The position numbers and the translations under genes are program-made. From the human T2T-CHM13v2.0 reference genome, Homo sapiens: 64,000 nt of DNA. Shown one piece after another: positions 28,250 through 40,977 of this stretch. The notes below the pieces were generated by a model. It did not search any database. It saw nothing but the letters and a program-made list of their open reading frames with translations, and was not told the DNA's origin. The stretch lies in NCBI RefSeq assembly GCF_009914755.1, contig NC_060925.1, one strand, 5' to 3'. Position 1 is the first letter of the stretch. Each line of letters begins with the position of its first letter.

Positions 28250-30280
28250 TAGCTGCTGAAAGCAAACTCAAAACATCTCTGGAAGAATACCCCTTAAACA
28301 CAGGTCTCAAATAATTTCCACTAAGAAGTGCACAATAAAAGACCAAGAAAGATATGGAGAGCCATAAGAAACAAGAAGCTATAAAATCAGACCCACTGTG
28401 ATACATTAATAATAAACAAACATAAAAATGCTTTATATGTTTAAAGAAGTAACAAGAGATGAAAATCATGATAAAGAAACAGGACATTGCAAACTGACAT
28501 GGAAGATGTAAGAAAGAATCAAATACATCTACTGGAAATGAAAAAATATAAGAAAGTAAAAATTTGATAAATAGATATGAGGCATGTTAAATGCACTGAT
28601 GGGAACAATAAGCAATCGTAACATGAATCTAGAGTAAACTATCTAGAATGTAGCACAGAGTCCAAAAATCATAATTAAAAAAAATCATGAATGAAGATTT
28701 TAAGGGACATGGAGGATTCAGTGGGAACATCTTATGTATATATAATCAGAGTGCCTTAAGGAGAAAAATATGGAAAATAGTGGCAGGACAATGTTCAACA
28801 AGATAATAAGTTTTTCATAAGTAATAAAATAATTATCAGATTCATGAATTCTAGGCAAAGTAAATTAAAAACAAATCTGTACCTAATACAATATGGTAAA
28901 ATTGTAGCACACAAAAGACAAAAATATATTAAAAGCAACTCAGGAGAAGAATGAATTTCCCACAAACAAAAATGGATAGACTGACATCTGATTACCCAGA
29001 AGGAATAGGAAGCTAGAATCAACAGAATAGTATCTTCAGTGTATTGATAGAATACAACGGAAAAATATGTAATTTATATACAATTGTTTTCTAAAGCTGG
29101 TTCAAAAATAAAACCAAGAAAGGGAAGAATTAAAAACTAGTGAATGTTGGGTTCTATGGCACATTTCCATAATCCTAGTGCTTCGGGAGAAGCCTAAGTG
29201 TAAGGATGGCTTCAGGACAGAAATTCATTTGAGGCTGCAATGAGCTACAGTAGTACCACCGCAGTCTAGCTTGGGTGATAGAGGAGACTTTGTTCAAAAA
29301 AAAGAAAAAAAAAATATAGATGGGACAAATTGCAGATTCCAAACAAACAGAAATTTAAAATCAACTCTAATGCTATTAAGTATAATCAACATAAATAAAG
29401 TAACTAATAAATTAAAAATATTTTAGGACAGATTTTTTAAATTTTAGCTATTTGTTAGAAGCAAACCTAAAATGTAAGGACACAACAAGTTTTGTTCTCT
29501 TTTTTTTTGTAAAATGATGTTAAACACATACCAGGCAATATTAACTAAAAGAAAGCCTGCATAGTACATTAATTTATCAAGGACACAACAACACCACCAA
29601 ACAAAAAGACTAAAAGTTCAACAGCAAACAAAAATTTTGTGTAGCTCAAATGACTACATGTGAACAAATGGCCGGCTGATTAGTTCTGTTGATCTCTGCT
29701 AGGCATTTTTTTTTTTTTTTTTTTTTTTTTGCATTTGGAACTTGCCTAGCCTTGGCTGAACTCAGCTGTCACAACTTGGCTCTGATCTAAATGTCTGTCA
29801 CCTCCCTTATGAGCCCATCAATTCAAGTTCAAGTGTGTGAATCCTCACCAAACTTCAGCTTGCATTATGTCTACTAAAATCTCATTGGCCAAAGCATATT
29901 CCATGCAGGAGGTAGCATAGACTGACCATACTGGGAAGATGGTGCATAAGAGAGTGTCTGGATACTTGATCCAATGACTGAGAAAGGAGTGAAGAATAGA
30001 AATTATAACACGAGCCAGCATAAAGCATTATATTAATATCTATTAAAGCTGGCTTTATAGCAAAGGCAGTAATAGACTACTACTGATCTATAAAATGTTT
30101 AATTCTCACGGAAAATAGAATGATTCTAAAATAATTTTCATTAAATAATATGCACGTTTATAATATAAAAAGTAAATGTGGCTAATATAGATGAAAAAGT
30201 AAATCCATAAAGTTAGTTTTAACCCATCTGTCTCAATAATCAAGGTTAATCAAAGACAAAAATCAGCAAGATCTAGATCA
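28250..30280 (+). mobile_element. Ancient L1ME/L1M5-type ORF1 and ORF2-start fragments
   Basis: A-rich strand with ORF1-like motifs (aagaatcaaatacatctactggaaatgaaaaa, ggaagctagaatcaacagaatagtatcttca). Interrupted by other relics. Confidence 0.6.
29148..29313 (+). mobile_element. Highly diverged Alu monomer (FRAM/FAM-like)
   Basis: tttgaggctgcaatgagctac...gcagtctagcttgggtgatagaggagact followed by an A tail. Confidence 0.7.
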
Positions 30281-30460
30281 GCACTGTCCAAAAGAGATAT
30301 GAGAGCCACAGATGTGATCTTCAAGTTTCTAGTAAGCAGATTAAAGAAAGTAATAAAAAAAGGTGAATAATACCTTAACATGTTGAACTATGTTAATAAC
30401 ATGTTTTATTTAACCTAGTATATCCAAAACATTATTTCCACAAGTAATCAGTACAAAATG
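30278..30460 (+). mobile_element. MER3-like hAT relic
   Basis: ctagatcagcactgtccaa...gttttatttaacctagtatatccaaaacattatttc. Confidence 0.7.
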
Positions 30461-31229
30461 TCATGTCATTTTTTCCACTTTTGCTTTACATTGCATTTAT
30501 TTTTACAAGAATAAAGGAATAATTAATTGGTTAAGGGGAGGTAAATAATTAAGAGATCAGTATGTTATCTAAAGCTTTTCAATAAAGGTAATGGAAGTTG
30601 GGGCAAAGAAATGTTTTGAGCTAAATGCTGAAGTTTTTATGGAACAAGTGAAGTTCACTGGGTGACAGGATACAAGCCTCAAAGGAGCAGAAGATTTGTT
30701 TCTTATATTTTAATAAGTTGAGAAGTTGCAGGAAATTCTGCAGGCAAAGATACAAAAGCAAAAACAATACATACCTGTTGTCCTGATTCTGTCATAATTG
30801 GGATATATGAGGACAGACTCCACCCAGGGCAATCAAAGTTACAGTATGTCGCAAGAGAATAGCCAGGTGACAGCAAGAACAGAATATGGGAGAAATTTTG
30901 AAAAGAATTTGAGAATATGATGGAAGTGGTCAATCACCAGGTAAGCACTTTAAAAGGCTAAGTGGAACAAAGAGAAAGACAGAGGGGAGAGGAAAAAGGA
31001 AAGAAGAAAGAGGAAGAGGAAGACAGGAACTTGGCAAATTTGTTCAATTGAGGAGGGAAAACAGCAAGCGAAAGAGTGTATAGGAGAAAAATAGACAAGA
31101 TAACAAGAAAAGCTTAGCCTTTGTGCCTTTCCCCATGCTTCTCTCTGTTTTGTATGTCCTCTACCTTCCCTGCTTTGAATCTTTATTATAATCTAAACAG
31201 ATTTCTTTCTTATTCCTACAGTACAGTCA

Positions 31230-31380
31230 TTATAGTTATTTATATTCAGGTTTCTCTCCCTCCAACATGTTAAAGGTAAGTTCCTTGAAAACAGGGATTA
31301 GTCTTTATCAGCTTTTAATGTCTCAGCTTCTATAGAATGTCTGGGACATAATAAGTGTTCAATGCTTGTTTTAGGAATGA
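31230..31380 (+). mobile_element. L2 3' end
   Basis: gtaagttccttgaaaacaggga...gtctgggacataataagtgttcaat. Confidence 0.65.
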
Positions 31381-33244
31381 TTTATCCCTTGAATAGGTGC
31401 ATTTGTGTATAGAATAGGATCCACAGTTCTAAGACTTGCAAGTACAAACTGAGAGCATAGCCTCAATTCCCTTCTCTCTGAAGTGAAAGTGTTTGTCCAG
31501 ACTGACCTCTACGATTCTCTTCAGCTAGAAATTTTATGACTTCTAAATGACTAATCCTTTCATTTGTTCAAATGTTTCACCAGTGGCTTCAAGTTTTTAC
31601 TTTCTGTACTAAGATGCCCAAGCTGGTTTTGAGAGTTTTTGACACTGACCTCTATTTTGAAAGCCTTCCACATCGAGTACCATATCACCACTTCTCTTTT
31701 AAACTTTTATATCAAAAAAAGTTAACTTTTATAACACATACCTTGCAGGAAAAAATAATGCTATGAATGATCTCGTTCTAAATATCATGGAAATGTTGTG
31801 TTTCTTAGAACCTAATATTTTATTTAATATTAGATTTTAAATTATTTAACTCAGTGCCCAAAATGGCTTAGCACTTTTTTCTTTTATAAGAAATAAGGCA
31901 CTATAAAAACTTAAAAAAATAATATCTATAATAAATTATCTCTAGAAAATGGACTCCAGAAAAACCCAAAATTATTCACCATTTTGGAAAATCAGTTAAA
32001 TAGAGTATTTAGGGTTTCTAAGTGCAATGATTACATATACATTATAGGATTATATACAACATTTATTATAAATGCATTCTCCAGAAGATGAAATTTAGAG
32101 TCAATATAAACAAACTTCTTTCTGTCTAACAAAATTTTCTTTCTTTTGGTTTAGTTTTTTTTTTGCTTATTCTTTAAATCTTGTTTCTTTTAATCCCTGA
32201 AAGTTTGAACTAAGGAGTCATCATGAAGAACATTTAATTATGCTTGAAATGTTTGCCTCACATGTTTGATATGAAGTTTGGAGTCTATAAAAACACCGCT
32301 TCTGAACTGTTTTGCACAGGTAGATGTCCAAGTATTTTGTCAGCAAAAATGCATTATTAACGAATGACAATTGGAATAAAAAGAGGTTTAAGAATATAGA
32401 ATCATACGTTACTTATAAAGGAAATAATTTCAACTAATGTTCAACTGTTCTAATTAATTGTCTTATTCAGACAGAATGGACACCCTCAACACAAGGATCG
32501 ATGAGACAAAAGCTGCCTCTTTTTTCTATCACCCAAGGCAGCATTCAGCTGGTTGAAAAAGTTTTTTATCACTGAATTGTCCCACCCTTATCTGTTAATT
32601 TGCTCTGAGATACAGTATTTGGAATTATAGCAATAATCATAAGGAATACTTGGTAAATGGCATAGAGCAGAGCAATAGTTCTTAAAGTATTGTTCAGGGA
32701 TCCCTGGGATATGTAGATGATTCTTTAAGATGTCCTAGAATGGACTACTTCCTGTGTCAATTAATTTCCTGTGTCAGTTAATATGTGTCAAATTTTCACA
32801 TATTAATTTGTCCAGTCAATTCTGGAGAAGAGGAATTACGTGGATTATGGGGCCACAAATAATTTTTTTTGTATCTTGTCATGTCTCAGAATTCTACCAT
32901 AGTCTCTGATTCATACCATTTTTGTCCACCTAATAGTGATTTTACACCATTGCTCTTCTTGTTGCATTTGTAATTTTTAGGTAGAATTCCAGTAACGAAG
33001 GGGGACATAAAGTTTCCAGCAGGAAAATTTGGGCAAGTTTTCAAACACCAAGGAGCATTTGGAACAAACAAATTGCATGTAATGATATAAATTATAGAAA
33101 TTGTAAAAGAGAAAAGCAGTAAATTCAAAAAAAGTAAATTTGCTTTTTAGAATTGATCAATACAATAGGTGGTCTTTGGCATGCCATGCCAAAATTTTAG
33201 TTATCACTTCAATGTGCTATGTTTACTAAATTTTCATTCATAGG

Positions 33245-33646
33245 TCAAAATGGTTTGGCTCTGTGTCCCTACCCAAAGCTCGTGTTGAATCGTGATTCCC
33301 CACTGTTGTACATGGGTCCTGGTGGGAGGTGACTGGATCATGAGGGTTGTTTCTATTGGTTTAGTACCATATTCCTAGTGCTGTTTTGTGATAGAGTTCT
33401 CATAAGATCTGGATGTTTGAAAGTGTGCAGCACCTCCCACTTCACACACACTCTCTCTCCTGCAGCCATGTGAAGGTGTGCCTGCTTCCCCTTCACCTTC
33501 TACCATGATTGTAAGTTTCCTGAGCCCAACTCAGCAGTAGAAGCCTGTACAGCCCACAGAACTGTGAGCCAATTCAACCTCTTTTCTTTATAAATTACCC
33601 AGTCTAGGGTATGTCTTTATAGCAGTGTGAGAAACAGACTAATAGT
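33245..33646 (+). mobile_element. MSTA-like MaLR LTR
   Basis: atggtttggctctgtgtccctaccca...ccatgattgtaagtttcctgag...ctttataaattacccagtct. tagg flanks both sides. Confidence 0.9.
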
Positions 33647-33650
33647 TAGG

Positions 33651-34523
33651 TATATTTGTTTCCTATGACTGTTGTAACAAATTACCACAATCTTGGAGGC
33701 TTAAAACAATAGAAAGTTATTTTCTCACAGTTTTGGAGGTCAAAAGCCTGAAATGCAGGTGTTGGCCGGGCCATGAGACCTTCAAAGACTTTAGGAGATA
33801 AGGTGCTCTTGCCTCTTCCAGCTTTTGGTGGCTCTAGGCGTTCCTTGGTTTGGGCCACATCACTCCAATCTCTACCCCCATGGTCATATTATATCCTCCT
33901 TTTCTTTCTCTATCTCATAAAGATACGTGTGATTGAGAGTTAATTATATCTTTTAAGGATACATGTGATTGAGAGTTAATTACATCTTTTACCATATAAG
34001 GTAATATTCACAACTTCCAGGAATCAGGACTTAAACACATCCTTTTGGCTTTGGAGGTACTCCGCAGCGAGCAGGCCTATGCAAACCTACCCCTAAAGAC
34101 TGAGGAAGCTGAGAGGCTGAAAAAACAGGCTGACAAATCCAGTTTCCCAGAAAGAAACATTTAATAGGGGCTTATGAACAGAAGCCATGTCCTTGGCAGT
34201 CACAAGACAAGATGGTGACAAGACAAGATCCCTGTGTCATTACCCTCCAGACCCAGGGCTTATATACTATAAGAAAAGAATGTGTCGGGCAATTGAAGTC
34301 AGCCCCTCAGGGAAAAGCAAGAATGCTATGTGAATCTGCCTAAGGACAAGTTTTATAGTTAAGGTTGTTTTGATACGAGAGCAGGATTTGCAGTAACTGT
34401 ACATAAAGTAGAAACCTTAAAGGCATTCCTGGAACAGGGGTTAATCAAAAGTCAGCATGGTGGATTACCATCCAAGATGTAGTTACTTTAGCCTCCACAA
34501 GGGGCCATCACTTAGCCCACCAC
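33651..34523 (-). mobile_element. MLT1 (C/D-like) MaLR LTR, split by an LTR47-like element
   Basis: gtaacaaattaccacaa...ggcttaaaacaatagaaa. The terminal piece gggccatcacttagcccaccaca resumes at 34500. Confidence 0.8.
34058..34499 (-). mobile_element. LTR47-like solo LTR
   Basis: The minus strand begins tgtggaggctaaagtaactacatcttgga. The other end reads gcagcgagcaggcctatgcaaacctacc. Confidence 0.7.
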
Positions 34524-37500
34524 AATAGGCATAACAAATTGCATTTTTAATACAACTCAATGTAAAGATAATATGTCTTTCATGGCGGGGGCAATGATGA
34601 GAAGACAAATAACTAAATAATCTGTTATATACTATACCTTTTCAAATGACTACTTAGAAGAGTGATAGGTGTTAACATTTCCAGTTGTATCAATCTCTCA
34701 TTTTGTTGTTCTACCTTCTGATACAATATTGAGAAATTAAAAAATAGCTTGTAATTTATTTTCCAAGAAAGCCAGTATTTATCCTAGAAATTGCCTCATC
34801 CTTAAACTTATAAAATTCACTTCTGCCAAAAGAAAGAAAAAATGGAAGGATAAATAGGCCGCTCATATGAAAATGACGACTTCATGTCACGTATCAGTTT
34901 TCTTTTGGAGACAATTCACAAGCCACCATTTTGCCCTAGGGAGAGATGTTGCCATTTGCACAGCAAAGTGTTTTTTTGTACAGTAAAATGACAGTTTTCT
35001 TCAACAGTAAAACTGAATTAACTTCTGAAGGAAAAAATGCAGTAAAAATGTCAAACTCATAAAATATATCATGTTTTGAACATCTGCACATGTTTTTTGA
35101 CTGACCTGACCAAGAAAGAAAATGTCCTCAAGGTACTAGTGATTCAGGAACTAGGTGGTTGAAGGACAGGTGGGGGTGAGGATGGGAGATGGGAGTATTG
35201 GGAATAAGGAGGATGGATTGTAAGTGTAACTTAGATACAATTGTATCATCCAGAAATAGCCCCATATCTTGAGTTCTAAGGTATAGAACTTCTGGGTGAT
35301 AATAATAGATACGCTTGTTATTTGTGCAATGCCATATTAAATAGTCTAAAAGATCTTTGCAAGTCTAGAGTCAAAGTGATACAGCTCTAAACTAGAAAGC
35401 CTGATATGTCTCAGAGGAAAGTCTTCCTTCTTTACCTCCCATCTTTCTCCACTTTCTTCCTCTTTCCATCCTTCTCTCTTTTCTCCCTTCTCTCTTTGTT
35501 GTTCTCCCTCTCTTTTCCTCTCTCCACCCCTTTTTAAAATGTCTTTTCAGAAAAATGGTTTGGATTACTGAAAACAATATTTAGTCACAGACACTAAATA
35601 TATGGATGTCAAATAATGCAACCTACAAGAAAGAGACATTGTGCCTCCTTATATTCTGTGAAAAGACGAGTTTAAATCACAAAGCTTTTAAAATATTCTA
35701 CGTGAAGAGATAATTCAACATTTTTCCTCCTGACCAAGGGAAGAAAATCAAAACAGTTCCACACAGTGTCATGCCATGCAAGACACAAAAGAATAAGAGA
35801 ATGAGATATTATGAATATCCATAACTTTACAACTATCTATAATTCTTTATTATTTATAAAACTATTTCATAATTCTTTAATTTTGTCATCATAAGAGCCA
35901 TTGAAGTAAATAGGAAAGATAGTCATCCATTCAGTGTTTTGTAGAAGAAGACATGGATCCAGAGTCAACCTGAGATGTTACCTACTGGTACAAAATATCG
36001 GGCTCACTGCAGAAAGGGTAGATATCTGTGTCAATATCTGTGGCTACATATAATAGACAGAGCATTTCAAGATGCTTCGTCTCAGCATATTGTTTGACTC
36101 TACCTAAAGAGTTTCATATTCTTGGGACTCAATTCTATTCTTTTTATAATAAAGAAGGAGTAATCTATGATTTCTCAAATTCTTTTAAGCTCACACGAGT
36201 TCAAATTGTAGAAATCCTTTTCAGCAAGAGCCTTGCCTGCCCTCTGTGCATAGGAAAACGTTACCTTTTCTCTTTAAATTTCTTTACTCTGGCTGATAAG
36301 AGCACATTTTATTTTCGGAACCCAAACTTACCCCAGTGTGACGTTAAGCCAAGAGGATTGTTTGGAATAAGAAGACAATTCCAGGACTCTGAGTATTCTT
36401 CATTACCAAAGTCAGTTGTTCATAAGGCAGCATCTCAGGCTCTTATGTTTGTCTTTTTTGCTAGCCACCTTCCACTGGAACCATCATCTTGTTCTGTTCC
36501 TCTCAGTGGTATACCCTATTATAGCCAGCCAACTGATCAGATGAAGAAAGTTAGTTTTCAACCATGACTAATGTGCAATATATGAATGAAGGAAAACCTA
36601 CACATAGGAGTTCTTCAAAGTTAATAATATAACTGTATCTGGCAATCAATTGAAGTCTGTATTTTTTCACATATCCTTGAGAAAATTCAGATGTTTCCTG
36701 GTTAATACAGAGAGGATGAGAGAGGGCCTGGTATGTAGTACAAACTTCTGCCCTGGCTGCTGCTCAGGCTCCTGTTCTGGTTTGTATTTGTATACATATT
36801 CTGAGAAAGTCTCCTAGACAAATACTCTGTATCATCATCTGTCATGTTACCTTTAGGATTGTGTGAAAGAGAGGATATTTATTCAAAGAAAGTATGTTAT
36901 GAAGTAGGTATAATCTCTAAATAATAAATATAGATTCAAATTTTACCTTTTTTAAAAAGGCTAACATTATTAATTCACTGGATATTAATGTAATTTAAGG
37001 GATTATTTTTAAAAATTATTTAAGAAAAAGTAAAGTTGGAGATCATTAGGAAAGCAAGATGAAGTCCTTTCTTTAAACAATAAGTGTTTGCTATGTTATC
37101 CCATCTATCAATTCATGTATTTGAACCTCTTTTTCCCATTCATATTCCTCAAATTCCCCCAACTGGAAACATTTTTAAAACAGTTGAAAAAATTCAATAA
37201 AGTCACAATATTTTATTTAAGAAATAAACTCTGGAAGGAAGCAATAAGATACGATCTTTTGACTTCCTCTCTCTATAGCAGCACTCGTGGCCCCCTAATC
37301 CATATGTCACTTTCATTATATCTTTGATTGGTGTTCAGTGCCTGACTTGTTCTGATGGGTAATAGTAAAGGTTTGGCTACAGTTTCAGGTATTTTCCAAA
37401 TCATGATGCCATTTTGAGGAAAGTGTCAAAAGCTAGACTTTTGACCATCTATTACCCCATTGTTTCCATGTTTTCTGTTTCATTTGTCCCTTTATTTAAG

Positions 37501-37675
37501 ATAAGATAATTTCATTCCAGGATACATCCAGATTTACCAAGATTGATTAATTTCTCAACCTTACTGAGCCTTGTTATTCTCAAATAACATGAGGTTGAAC
37601 ACCAGTTAGGTCATTTATTTTCTAAGGTGTGCCAGCTATCCTTGGTTTGTAACACCCTTTAAGAGCTAGTTTCTT

Positions 37676-38815
<1,140 letters not shown>

Positions 38816-38823
38816 AAAATTAA

Positions 38824-39227
<404 letters not shown>

Positions 39228-39233
39228 TGATAG

Positions 39234-40149
39234 TGAGAGGTGAAGCTGGCTGGGTTTCTGGGTTGGGTGGGGACTTGGAGAACTTTTCTGTCTAGCTAAA
39301 GGATTGTAAACACACCAATCAGTGCTCTGTGTCTAGCTAAAGGTTTGTAAACACACCAATCAGCACTATGTAAAAATGCACCAATCAGCACTCTGTGTCT
39401 AGCTAAAGGTTTGTAAATGCACCAATCAGCACTCTGTAAAAACACACCAATCAGCACTCTGTGTCTAGCTAAAGGTTTGTAAACGCACCAATCAGCAGTC
39501 TGTAAAAACGGACCAATCAGCACTCTGTAAAATGGACCAATCAGCAGGATGTGGGCGGGGCCAAATAAGGGACTAAAAGCTGGCCACCTGAGCCAGCAGC
39601 GGCAACCTGCTTGTGTCCCCTTCCACACTGTGGAAGCTTTGTTCTTCCGCTCTTCACAATAAATCTTCCTGTTGCTCACTCTTTGGGTCCGCACTACCTT
39701 TATGAGCTGTAACACTCACAGCGAAGGTCTATGGCTTCACTCCTGAAGTCAGTGAGACCACAAACCCACCGAGAAGAACAAACAACTCCAGATGTGCCAC
39801 CTTTAAGAGCTGTAACACTCACTGGGAAGGTCTCTGGCTTCACTCCTGAAGTCAGTGAGACCATGAACCCAACGGGAGGAACAAACAACTCTGGGAGGAA
39901 CAAACAACTCCAGATGTGCCACCTTTAAGAGCTGTAACACTCACTGCGAAGGCCTGTGGCTTCACTACTGAAGTCAGTAAGACCATGAACCCATCGGAAG
40001 AAAGAAACTGGACACATTTGAACATCTGAAGGAACAAAGTCTGGACACACCATCTTTAAGAACTGTAACACTCACCGCGAGGGTCCGCAGCTTCATTCTT
40101 GAAGTCAGCAAGACCAAGAACCCACTGGAAGAAACGAATTCTGGACACA
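39234..40149 (+). mobile_element. Solo LTR12 (ERV9) inserted into a MIR
   Basis: tgagaggtgaagctggctggg...ttctggacaca with TSD atag/gtag. MIR-like sequence lies on both sides (39180-39233 and 40150-40280). Confidence 0.95.
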
Positions 40150-40351
40150 GTAGGTTATTTACAACGTCTGGGTTTTGTTTCTATCAGTATAAAATATAGA
40201 TAATAATAGTACGTATTTGATAGGATTACTGTGAGAACTACTTAATCAAGTGATTAGAGATGTACTTAGTACGTGAAAAAAGCCAATGAAGATAACTTGT
40301 ACTTTTACCTATAGTTTTCATTTCATCTCCAAAGAGCTGTTTTCATTAGAT

Positions 40352-40643
40352 CTTTTTTTTTCTTTTTTGAGACGGAGTCGCTCTGTCCCCCAGGCTGGAG
40401 TGCAGTGCTGCGATCCCCTCTGGGGTTCATGCCATTCTCCTGCCTCAGCCTCCCAAGTAGCTGGGACTACAGGCATCCTACACCAGGCCCGGCTAATTTT
40501 TTTTTTTTTTTTTTTTTGTATTTTTAGTAGAGATGGGGTTTCACCATGTTAGCCAGGATGGTCTCGATCTCCTGACTTCGTGATCTGCCTGCTTTGGACT
40601 TCCAAAGTGCTGGGATTACAGGAGTGAGCCACCAAGCCTGGCC
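40352..40643 (-). mobile_element. AluY-like with an internal ~20-bp deletion
   Basis: gttagccaggatggtctcgatctcctgac and catgccattctcc diagnostics. Lacks the ggctcactgcaagctcc segment. Confidence 0.9.
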
Positions 40644-40652
40644 CATTAGATC

Positions 40653-40977
40653 TTTTCTTTTTTTTTCTTTTTTTTTTTTTTTTTTGTGAGACGGAGTCTG
40701 CCTGTGTAGCCTGTGCTGGAGTGCAGTGGCGCGATCTTGGCTCACTGCAAACTCTGCCTCCTGGGTTCACACCATTCTCCTGCTTCAGCCTCCTAAGTAA
40801 CTGGGATTACAGGGTTACAGGTGCCCGCCATCATGCCCAGCTAATTTTTTGTATTTTTAGTAGACACGTGGTTTCACCGTGTTAGCCATGATGGTCTTGA
40901 TTTCCTGACCTCGTGATCCACCCGCCTCGGCCTCCCAAAGTGCTGGGATTACAGGCGTGAGCCACCGTGCTTGGCCC
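40653..40977 (-). mobile_element. AluY-like
   Basis: caccgtgttagcca, cacaccattctcc, and a small duplication gggattacagggttacagg. Confidence 0.9.

Noticed and set aside
35420-35535. Polypyrimidine tract (and polypurine tract at ~30965-31030) as a functional triplex element
   Set aside because: Ordinary low-complexity sequence with no clear mirror symmetry or supporting context.
36028-36567. Longest ORF in the track (179 aa)
   Set aside because: GTG start, no recognisable domain, composition typical of AT-rich non-coding DNA, and no clear exon structure.
39290-39545. Repeat-spacer-like array resembling CRISPR, and the repetitive 139-aa ORF on the opposite strand
   Set aside because: These are the U3 CCAAT tandem repeats of LTR12. 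The spacers are not unique, there are no cas genes, and the context is eukaryotic.
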